A stretch of 64,000 nt of DNA from Marsupella aquatica (lineage: Eukaryota > Plantae > Marchantiophyta). Both the position numbers and the translations under genes were made by a program. Of the stretch, positions 53,029 to 64,000 are shown one piece after another. The stretch's first letter is position 1. Every line of letters begins with the position of its first letter. The notes below the pieces were generated by a model. It was not told where the DNA came from. It ran no database searches and saw only the letters and a list, made by a program, of their open reading frames with translations. The DNA lies in assembly GCA_973895155.1 (NCBI GenBank), contig OZ316896.1:9073539-9137538 (forward strand), read 5' to 3'.

Positions 53029-54463
53029 GTCGTTTTGCCTCGAGAACAGAGAAAGTACTTGTCTCATGTCACTGGTAGAAGTCCGTAAATGGCAGTTCAT
53101 GGGTCACATATAGGCTGCTTATGTTTGGAAAGATTGGATCCAAAGGGTAGAAGTAGTTTGGCGTGACGTGTAAATTAAAGGACTTCCAACTCTCGAAGAA
53201 TACATGTACCCATGTCTGGTTCCCTTCTTTTGGTGATCTAATCGATCATCTTCACTCCCACATTTACTTTCCTCCTCGCGACGGACTCTGGCAGATCCTG
53301 ACTTTGGTAAGTGATTGATGAAGACGTCATGCAAAGATAGTCCATGGATATGGCAAAAACGACTTACATTCAGTGCCATAGGGGCCATCGTTAGCGTAAC
53401 ATGGAGCCGTGCGGCTCCTGCCTTTAAGATGACGGTGAGCGGCTCTCATACATTGTTTAAAGGTTCAAGGAAGACATATACTTGAATTCTTGTACACTCA
53501 GCCATTGATATACCAGATCTGATGGGATCAACCCTTATGCAAACACAAGGACTATTTATGAGCGTTACAGGGTGTGTTAAACAGAAAGCTATTGTGGAAT
53601 GGAGTAGTAGTGCACAACTTAGAAGATAAAATGAATATCATCTTAGAAGATAAAATGAATACCCTTTGTGAGAAAGCACGAGACAATCAAGAAACAAGAG
53701 AAAATGTGGCTGCACGGGTTACTTGTGAATATATCAGTCACCATGTGAGTGAAGTGGTATCTGATAACAAGTTCTCATACTCACGTCCTAATCTACGTGA
53801 GGTCTCGGAATAGCATTTCATTCCCAGTATAAGCAATTACAGCAGTTTATCTTCAGCTCAACTGTTTTGTTCGGTCAGTCAAATTTGGCCAAATTCTGTT
53901 CGATATTTCGATCGAAAAACCTTCAAGAGCAACCAGAAACTGAACTCTCTGACTCGCAAGGACCTTTGCAGTGTTCTTTGACATCAGTGACCAGACTGCC
54001 ATCTAGCGGTGAATACTTGTGACCCATCTCACTGCATTTCAAGTCAGCTCGTGGCAACAACACGTACCCCACCTTGAAGGCTGTAGAGCAGGGAACCATG
54101 TCAAATTTATCGACACTTAAGATGCATTCCGAGGAAGGGAGAATCATTGAAAAGACAGTTATTGAATACCTTCATGAAACCTCAAACCTCCATTCAAAGG
54201 CATGAGATATCTGCGGTGTCTGCCTTTGGACTGTATTAGTTGGATTGAAAGTGATTAATATGAGACATTGGGGATAGGCGAGCCGCGGTCCATTTGACCG
54301 CGAGCTATGTACAATAATAAGCTATGTATATTCAGAGCCCCGAGACAGTTACTCGTAAGGACTATGAGCAAAAACTGAAATCTAGTAAAGGATCTATCGA
54401 ATCCAAGACAACAACCGGACCTTCTCATGTTCTGAAGATGTTTATGAACAAAATCTCCATCTA

Positions 54464-55994
54464 CTATTGCTTTAAGGAAAGTGCTGGTAGCCTCTTGCGC
54501 ATGAGATACCGCCGGCGTTGCAAAGTCAAAAGGGAAAGAATACTGTCCGTGGCAACGATCTGATAACCTGCACCTTGATACATGTTGAGAGGTGCTAGGT
54601 CAACCATTCGACAATGCAAGTATAAATCCTGAGCTCCCATCATAACTGCTACCTCCTCTGCTGCCTTGAGTAGTTGCTGCCCAAGGCCCCTCCTGCTCAA
54701 TCAAGACAAAGCAAGGAAACATTCAGGACTCCATGCATTCTTGCCACTGAGAAATTGGGTGAACAGCTCATCCTCTTCCTTGGCCTTACACCACTTCCAA
54801 ATAGCTTTTTAAACCAAAACAAGAACACACTAGAGAGTACAAGATATAAAATTAGGTGAGAGAGAACCTTCGGTATGTACTTCTAACTGCCATATTGCAG
54901 AGATACGGAGAACCAGGAGGAGGTGCAGGTCCTGATGGAATATCAGGATGTCCAGCATTAGAGAATGAGACCTCAACCGTGCCAGCCACCAGCCAATTTC
55001 CAGAAAATTGATCTTCCGTCCTTCCCATAACAACGTTATCTTCAGCAGGTGCATACAATCCAACTAGAGTGACAACATCCGGTAGACAAGCGTATCTGTC
55101 TCGCACATACTGCCGGACAGTCAATGCCAACAAAGGACGATAAGTCAGGAGGCCCCCCATCAACTCTGCAAAAGAATCTACCAAAAGTTCCTCCGTTGCT
55201 TTCATGTGCTCTACTCTCATTGCTTCAACGACGAGAACCCCTTTCTCACTACCGTGCCTGTACTCATAATTCCTCAGAAGGTCAAGTTTCTCCATGTCCG
55301 CAATGCTCCAATCTTTCTTTTCCCCCAATCTCATGTCCTCATAGTTATACTCAAGATCGGCTCGATTCGAGCTATCTCTTTTCATAATCTTAAGCTCTGC
55401 ACCGGATTCTCTATCCTCTTCATCCCTCTGTTCTTCCTCCCCGCTATTCTGATCCAAAATCCTGTCATTCGTCCCTGAAAATGACTGCTTTTCAGCATCA
55501 GCTTCATCAGCAGGTTCCCTAAATTCATCACCTGTGTCATAATCTGGCCCACCTCCGTCCCTGAAATTTCTTTCGCTTATGGACGATGAGTTGCTCTGCT
55601 CCATATCAGCAGACTGTGCAGTTGCCTGATCCACAAAAGACCTAACCTTACTCTTCCTGGAGGCAGCTCTACCTATTCGATCATGTCTGCGGCTCATCCT
55701 AAGACTTGATGGAACCATATCTCCTACATCCACGAAGGTTGAAACCTTACTTCTCTTGGTATCATCAACAAGTTGCTCAACTTGCATTCTAACGGTGCCC
55801 TTGACGATTGAAAGGGGCTTCGTTGAAGGACAATAAGAAGCGGAAATGGGTTGACTAAATGTTAGGCAGTTGCCAAAGAATAAACCTGCCATGTTTACAC
55901 TCCAGCCAATTCGGTCCGATGCCTTCGAGTGACTAGAACACACTGGAGAAAGGGAAGTTCTAAATTGATCAGAGTGTACCACACGGATCTCCAT
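54464..55994 (-). CDS. GNAT-family N-acetyltransferase with a long N-terminal (probable plastid transit) extension, plant plastid GNAT type
   Basis: Exon 1 55994-54868 and exon 2 54692-54464 (GT-AG). Motifs VAGTVEVSF, PYLCNMAVRSTYRRRGLGQQLLKAAEE (acetyl-CoA-binding R/Q-x-x-G-x-G/A motif) and LYLHCRMVDLAPLNMYQGAGY. The N-terminus is Ser/Arg-rich. Confidence 0.92.
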
Positions 55995-57460
55995 CCTTCC
56001 TGAGCCGCCGGTTCCAGCTTCTAGTTAAGAAGCACCAATTTCCCTACCGTGGAAAAGTGCTGCTCCGGGCAGGCTGGTCACACTAAATCCCCGTGGTCGG
56101 CCAATAATGACAATATATCCTGTAGCCCACATACATTGATGAGATAAGCCAACAAGTAAATTCCAGGACAACCATAACCAAAGGACCCCTTCTGCGGAAC
56201 ATGACAAAGGCGTGCAGTCCATGTCTTCAAAACCAGACGAAGAATCTCTCCTGTTTTGGGGGAGCAATGGACTTTCAAATTGTATTCATTGATTCACTCA
56301 CTCGTCTTCTCCAGACCTCTCGGTCACTCTGGAAATAAAAAGGAGGGAGATACAGGTGACCGGAACTGGAGCAAAACCCATCACGCAAACACCATTCAGA
56401 CACCTAACTGGGGCCTCTCTAGCCCATGGATCCATCACCCACGTCGGGGGGTGTTCATCTGTAGGCTTGAAAGAGGGCAGGCGTACTCAACAGTAATACC
56501 TCAATCGTGCACTTCTCTCCAAACTGATTGAATTGATTCGTGGCATCCATAACACAAAGTCCTGACAATCGAACGTAACTGGCAGATCGGACTTGACAGT
56601 ACAGCACACTTACCTTGAAGGGAAGAAGAGCAAATCTCGAAGGAAAAAACCACTGGGTAGCTACGAATACACTACAGCATCAATTTCATCTGGCTATGGA
56701 CGGACGGACGTACATATTCAGACAAAACCAGTGGACCCAGTAGTGTGTGAGGGATAACCAATGCACGAGAAGACTGTGAAGCGACAAGAGAGGGAGAATG
56801 ACCTCAGTTGAGATAGCCCTCCAAGGCTCCAACCAGGGTCGGCCGATGTGAAATCGGCAGGTCGCTTCAGAACGAATCGCAGTGGGAGTATTTTGCAGGG
56901 AAGATTGAAGTACTGTGCATGAAATATTGTGCAGCACCAGATCAGAAAAGATCACAGACCAGATACACCACTACTCTGAGTGTCCGTCTTCTTCACAGAA
57001 ACCCATAAACCCCAAACAAAAGCCCCAGCTGACTACTGATGATGATCCTCCACTTGATGACCATCCTTCTACTCAAACCAGCTTCTCTCCTTCAAATCAG
57101 TTTATCTACAGGACTACTAGTGAAAAAGATTTTTCAAAGGGGAGTGTGGCGCCGGTGCTGATGGGTCTGCCATGCCCTGCGCTGCCATGCCGTGCCCTGC
57201 CCTCCCCATTATTGCTCAGCCAGCTTGCCTTGCCTTGCCTTGCCTTGCCCTCAGTCTCTCTCCTCTGCTGCACGGTGCTGTCGAATGATTGCCACATGTA
57301 TGAGCATAATTGTTCGTCGACTTTTTGGGAGAGGTTAGAGATGAGAGGTGAGCGAATGACTGGCACCTGAAATAGACAAGAAAGAATAACTGTGAAGTGC
57401 AAAAAACAATTCATAAGCTAGCATGGGAGAGCTACTGTATGCCCGTGGCAAGCAAGAGTA

Positions 57461-57622
57461 ATTTTAAAGGTATTTCTTTTTCGCCGTGCCACCTTGTGTG
57501 AAGGAGAGAAGATGCTTTAAAGGTTTTTCTTTTCGGCCATGCCACCTTGTGTGTACGAGAGAAGATGCTTTAAAGGTTTTTCTTTTTCGCCATGCCACCT
57601 TGTGTGAAGGAGAGAAGATGCT
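57461..57622. repeat. Tandem repeat, ~53-bp unit, 3 copies
   Basis: tttaaaggt.tttcttttt(t)cgcc(g/a)tgccaccttgtgtg.a.gagagaagatgct occurs three times. Confidence 0.9.
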
Positions 57623-59739
57623 AGGAAGCCACCTGGTGTAAGGAGAAGATTTCTCCTCTAATATTCATAGATATAGCTAGCCTGCGCTGTGACAAGCCTA
57701 TTTTAACTTACTAGCCCCGACTACCCATTCTTTGAACATGAATAGCGGGGAGGGCAATAAAAATGTCACCAAAATATATTCCTTATTCACATATTTTGAA
57801 GGTTAATGAAATGATAAAAAAATTACCATGCATATCATCATTTTCATATTCAGACATAACATACCATAATACTCTTTTCTATGCACATCCCTAGTTTTTC
57901 TATCCTACATCCCACTTATGCACATATAATATGGTGGGGCCATAGAGATCAGTTTTTAATATAAATAGAATCATAACAAAAAGCACTCATGATTATCATT
58001 TGACATGACATACATCATAGACATCAGTTTTATCATCATTCAAAATGATGAGCCATGGAGAGTTACAGTCTAGAAGCCTAGGCCCCAACTCTAACTTGTA
58101 GTTGCAAATTTATAAGTAGAAATCTAGAAATTTATAAGTTATCTTATCTAGAAAGTAATATTTATGTTGCTATTGTAAGGTGTGTTTGAATTAAATAAGG
58201 TGTTTAGATCCCTTGGTGAAAGTAAAAGCGAGTGACATGGCAGAGGGATGTTTGAATGAAATCATGTGTTTAATTGTCTTGGGTGAGAGAGAAAGACAAT
58301 CCCTGCCGGTAATCACACATCAAATGTGGTAATATACCATGTGCACTCATTGATTTAAAGACAATAACGAGGTTTATCATGGTACGGAGGGATGTCGTAC
58401 ACCACTTGGTACACCATTTATATCATATTTTAATGTGCAGTTACCGAGAGACCCAAAGCTAATGATGTGGCACAAAAGGCAATTCCCCAAACATTTCATT
58501 CCCGACAAATGGTGATAATACATCAATGGAATGACTTAGGGTGACAGTACACCATATCCAATTGGTGAGTCAAACCCAACTTGTACCTTTATAGGGTAGA
58601 GTATTTTGTGATTCAAAGAGAATTTTGTGATTCAAAGACAAGTAGGTTAACTTTATATCCTTCTATCTATTTGGAGGTGCTCTCTATTTAGATGACATGT
58701 GTTGATACATAAACCATAAGCATTGTAAACTTTTCAACCAATGGATATATAAGCTACACTGCATTGTTGAATAGAGTCCTACTATAATTGCCTAGTTGAC
58801 CCTGGAAAGGTAAATTAAACCTTCTCATGCAAATATGAGGAATTCCTATAAAGGAAAACATACCTACTACAAACTAAGGAAAAAAATACATTAAAGGGGT
58901 TGGAATAAGTTACTAAATTGAAAATAATGCATGTGCAAAGCATAGAATAAACAAAATTAATATAAAAATACATTGCAAAGCAATTTCAATAAGACAAGAT
59001 AGCAATATGATGTTCTGCCAAATAGCAGCCAAAACATAGATGTATTACCTTCTGATCTCCTGATGTCCCCAGATTAAGAATGACTCACTCTCTTAGCTTC
59101 ATGCTTTGGGGTTTCTGGCTAGGTGGAAATATGGCTAATGGAAAACCAAAGACCTGGCAATTATTTGACAAAAGTGGCCAAGACCTATTAGTGAGGGGGA
59201 AACTGGCAATTATTTGCCATAAAAAATGCCGCCCATTTGGGTGCCCATTGCCTCCATTCATGTCCAGCATTGGGCAGACTTTTGAGTCCAATCATTCATA
59301 CACAGCCTGCATGGTTCCACCTGGGTTATGCTTGACACATTAGATGCTATAGGAAAGTAAAACAGTCTTATTATATTATTATAAATATAAATCCATGTTA
59401 TCCTGGTCCTGATTCTCATAGTTTATTTGAAAGATCCCATGTGAGATTACGAATCCCTTAGGAGAAAAATTAATGTTTGAGATGGAGATCATTGGTTTCT
59501 ACAAATCACCATGATCCAAACCTATAGCTGGATGGGATACCCCAACAATCCTCTTAATATAAAAGGAAGGCTACTTTACTGAAATTCAGGTCATCCTAGT
59601 TCAAATGCACATTTCGACAACTCCCATGCAAGCTTAGAAATCCTTTCTGAGCAAAAGGTTTTGCATGGATGGAGATCCCATCCGAGCCCATAGCTTGGAA
59701 GCTTGGACCTTCTCTAGAATGTAATCTTAGCATTCTGTA

Positions 59740-61250
59740 CAATGACTTGGGATCAGTCGCGGAACTCGACTACCTTAACACTTAGCTCCGGCGTCGCTGA
59801 CTCCGACGCCGAGCTCCCTTATGGTCCAGGCCCGGATAGGCCATCCGGGGAGGACTTAGCATGGGGAGACTTGTGGGCAACGAGACGTGGCACTGGCGAG
59901 GCAAGGGGCCAAGCTGGGGACACACACTAAGGACTTGGACTAGCCTATGGTTGGTCGGGTCAAGGGGAAATGGGCCGGGCTCAAGGATGGCCATTCGGAC
60001 CGTCGGATGGACTTTGAGTTCTGAGGGCTTGGGAGCGAGCTCCTCTTGGGCCCAAGGCCAATGGAGTTGACGCCATTGGCAACGGACGCTTGGGGCGCAA
60101 GTTGTGGCCCAATCCGGGTTGGGCAGGTCGGGGGCCCCGAGCGGCGATCAGACCTGAGGGCCTAGGCATGAGCACTGGGTCGGCCCGGTCACAACGGGCT
60201 AAGGCACTCCGCTTGCGGATGCCTATCAAGAAAGTTATGGGCGTTGCCAGTTGGTGGCGCGCCCATTATGCGCGATGGGATCCGGGTTGGGGGCCAAATG
60301 TTTAGGGACCAAAGCTGGTCCGGGGGTGGCAGGTCTCCAGAAGCATATATGAGGGGAGTGGTGTCTCCCTGGGGGCTAAGGCTGAGCCGAAGTCGTGAGC
60401 CGCGGCGGTCGCGACACTAAGGGAAACCGCCAAACGGAAATGGCGATATCTTTCCAACGGGAAGTCCGTTGGAGGACTTCTTGGGTGCATTGGAAAGCTC
60501 TTGAGGAGGGCTACGTCCTCCTGAGCTCAGCTGGGTCTGGGGGTGCCGTGGAATCTCGTGGTTTGCGGGTGTTAGCTCGCCCGCTTGCCAAATCCTGCCG
60601 AATAGCAGCCAAGCCACGTTCAGTCTCCCAAGGGAGCTTGCGTTGGGGAGGCAAGGCCAAGTAGGTGTGGAGGCTGAGTTCCAAGGGTGCTCGGCCCCTA
60701 GACCACTAGTGGGGCGAACCAGGAGCGGGTGCTAGAGCCGGGGCCGTTCTGGTCCCAGCGTGTTGGGACAAGCTTAGGACAAGCTTTGGGACAAGCTACG
60801 CTAGTTGGGCCATGAACATGTCCTGGGGTCAGGGCGGTCAGTTGGTGATGGATAGGTACGAGGGGGAACCCGGGCCGCGCCCAAGGAAGGAGCTGTTCTG
60901 GACGAACAATGGACGTGGGTTCTGGTTCCGGCTTATGGCATCGGGAAGACCTATCGCTGACCTATTTACCAACGTCTGTTGAGCTTGAGTTAGGATAGTT
61001 ACTAGACTTGGCGAGTTCTAGATCCTGAGGGGTTACTTACTGAGGTGCTTGGTTGCTTGTGCAGACAGTGAGGATTGTTGAGTAGCGGTCGTGTAGGTGA
61101 GCAAGTGCGGCTTCGTATGGGAGGGGCTGTTGGTGGTGCAAGAGGCACTTGGGTGCTTGCTCGAGGAATTCCGTGGAGGCGTTCGGACACCAAGGGCATT
61201 TAGACGCGAGTGCTGGGATTGGTGAGGATGCTGGGTGGCAAGGTCCACCA
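59740..61250. other. GC-rich island with broken Pro/Arg/Ala-rich reading frames; possible decayed retroelement 5' region
   Basis: Abrupt compositional shift from AT-rich flanks, with many short overlapping ORFs on both strands and no recognisable RT, endonuclease or integrase motif. Confidence 0.3.
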
Positions 61251-62870
61251 CTGGATCTCAGTTTAATATACAATGTTTTGCTCATGGTTGCTGGCTGATA
61301 AGGGCAAGAGAGTGGAGTGGATGTTGACAGATGTGTGACTACTTTGGCCTTTTAATCTAATTTTCAGTCTTCTATAGTTGTCTAATTCTCCCTTTAATTC
61401 TCCATCATTTAGTACTAAATTTGGCTTTTGTATGATTTCCTCCACTTGCTAATAATGGAAACACTTGAAGTGTGAAGTACTCTTGATCCCATTCCTGCAA
61501 GTTGGGGAAGGATGAAAGAATCTATCAAGATATTATGCTGTCTTTAAAAAATATAAAAATTAGGGAATACAATGTCATTCTTTTCATTCTTTGAAGTTCC
61601 AATATCTTCCAGTTTCTGTCACATATCTTCCATCTATGCACACTATTGTGTCTAAGTGCAGGTTTCCAAGAAGATGCCACAGTATGCACTATATTATAAG
61701 TGCACCGGATGTCATCAATGCACTCCTCCAGATGTGCATGGTTGCATTTACCCAATAAGTGCATGGAGATTTCTTATGAACTTCCTCATATGTGTTTTCA
61801 GGTCACACACATCTGACTCCTCATATGTCATTCGCCTCGTGTGCCCCCCCTCTTGTCCCAGTCTCCACGTGAGGGTGGGTCAGGGAGCTGGGTATGCAAG
61901 GGAGGGTTAGGGGGGAGGAGGCATGAAAAGGCTCAGCTGGTGAGGCACAGCCAGGCAAGGCATAGAGGGCAGGGAGGAGGGGATTATGGTTGTGTTTTGG
62001 TGGATTGAAAGGGGTTTGGAAAGAATTGGGTTTCAGCAAACGGTCAGGATTCATTTCTGCCTATTTCACTTATTGTACAGAGTGCACATAAGATTTGGCC
62101 GGATTGTTATTACAGGGGTTGATACTTTGGTAAAATATAATCACGAAATGTCAGTTAAACTTGGAAAAGTCATGTGTTATCAAATAATAGAACTATCTGG
62201 AAATGTGTTCAAGTAGGTCATAAAAATGCCTTCCATAGGGAAATGAATGGTTGGGTTTTGTAGGCCATATTAAAATGCAAGAAACAATGAATAATATGAC
62301 ATACATTAATTTCACCAAAATTTGAATGTGTGATGCCAGGTTCTTAACATTTAATTTTCATTATACGTTCTGAACAAAATGCTTAGTCATGTTTCCTCCA
62401 AAATAAGCCAATGAATTTTTTGTTTTTCAATGCTACCTTTGTCATTCTATCATAAATATATATATTTTTTCGTGATGGCAATTTTCCATTTTTGTGGCAA
62501 TATTTACCTAACGATATGTTATACATGGTCTTGCATGAAAAAGATCCATTCCAGTTCACCATGCATGACCATTCAATTATTTTAATTTAAAGAACAAGAT
62601 TTTAGTCTGCCAGAAGAAGCCAGCCGTCAGTAGAAAAGGCGCCAATCAGATCCCAGAATTGTGAAGTGATCAACCATTGAAGTTCCCCAAATCATAACGT
62701 GTTGTTTCATCAAACAAGAAAGGGTCAATAATTAAAATTCTCACATAGGTCCAGATTGGAATCTCGTGTGACAGATCTCCCCTGAAACATATTGAACCTT
62801 ATTACAACTACCCACCACTAACCACCACTACCCCCTTCCCCCACCCATCCACCCCAGTTTTACTTAGCTA

Positions 62871-63088
62871 TTGATGGAGGCTAAGTACACATCAAGAGAC
62901 GTAAAATGTGAAATATGCCCACTCCAATTGCTCACATTGAAAGAAGCTCTTGATGGAGGCGAAGTATACATCAAGAGACGTCAAATGTGACATATGCCAC
63001 TCCAACTGCTCTCATTGAAAGAAGCTCTTGATGGAGGCTAAGTATACATCGAGAGACGTCAGATGTGAAATATGCCCACTCCAATTGT
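62871..63088. repeat. Tandem repeat, ~77-79-bp unit, about 2.7 copies
   Basis: ttgatggaggc.aagta.acatc.agagacgt.a.atgtga.atatgcc(c)actccaa.tg occurs three times. Confidence 0.9.
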
Positions 63089-64000
63089 ACAGCTTTGCAA
63101 TCACAACGACAAGCAGTGCACAGTATGGAGAAACTACACAAAGGAAGCCCATGGAAGTTCTGAACATTATCTCAGTTGGGCTTTGTGACTTAGGAGTGTC
63201 CATTAAAAAATATCACTCCTTCAAAGGAGACACTTATCAAGCGCAACCTGGTCAAGAGAGTCTTTTCGAGATATCAGTCTGTTGAGATATCAGGGAAAAA
63301 TGCTCCAGAATTTCCTTACCAGAAATCAGTCATACAAGAGAGACAGTGATCAAGCAGCCTGGTCAAGCCATCCGTTTCACGAAATCAGTCATACAAGACA
63401 GAAAATGATCAAGCAGCCAGGTCAAAGGTGTCATGTCAAGAAATCAGTCATACAATGGAGATGTTGAACAAGTAGCCTGAATTCGGAAAAGGCAGGTAGG
63501 AGCGGTGAGTATGAACGATATGGGATCAGGAAGCCGATCCCAGGCCTCCATTACATAGCACAAGAGTCTCCGAAATGCATCGTCAAGAGTTCGATCATCG
63601 GTAGAAGGTAATGGTGGACTTCAGATTCAAGCATTCATGATGGGCAATGAACTACGAACGCATAATTTCAATCTCAAATGTCTTGCGATGGACAACGAAA
63701 GGGAAAATGTGAAAATCTCCTCGAAACACGATGTGATAGAAATCAGTCGGAGCACAAGGCCTTTAAATAAATTTCAAGGAACCAGAGTACCTCCACCGTA
63801 GTATGCACAGCACCAAATGATCAATTTTCCTTCGTCACTTAGGATGGAAGGAATGCTTAACATTCTAGACTAGCGGCATGTGGTGTTAGGGGTAGACTGA
63901 CCAGCTCTGTGGCCTCCAGCTAGTTGGAGATATAGATTGAGACCACCTCTGTTGCAACTAGAATTGCTTCCAGGAGGAGAATACTCGAGGGTAAAGCGAC

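Noticed and set aside
62871-63088. EAKYTS..QLLTLKEAL resembling Copia RNase H (EAEYIA..QLLWMKQ.L)
   Set aside because: The similarity is too short, the repeat unit is not frame-preserving, and no other pol motifs are adjacent.

Overview
Eukaryotic nuclear DNA from a land plant, most likely a non-seed plant (bryophyte, lycophyte or fern type; this is inferred from gene structure). It has short GT-AG introns and no prokaryotic operon or CRISPR features. Five apparently intact spliced genes can be traced by hand: cytosolic tryptophanyl-tRNA synthetase (+), a CaMKI-like Ser/Thr kinase (-), fimbrin (-), a CCCH-zinc-finger FG-nucleoporin NUP42/CG1 (+) and a plastid-type GNAT acetyltransferase (-). 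The intergenic blocks are rich in small non-autonomous DNA transposons: PIF/Harbinger-like with TTA/TAA TSDs, a TA-flanked nested element, and an 8-bp-TSD family with CT(C/T)GGGGG termini. They also hold minisatellites and three decayed gene pieces: a PI-PLC EF-hand exon, an intronless EDM2-type triple-PHD module and a fungal-like Mug135_C gene. The most notable hypothesis is a Harbinger-TIR-bounded 'Pack' element (7.9 or 10.2 kb to 13.3 kb) carrying the EDM2-like chromatin-reader module. Family assignments come from recalled motifs, not database searches.
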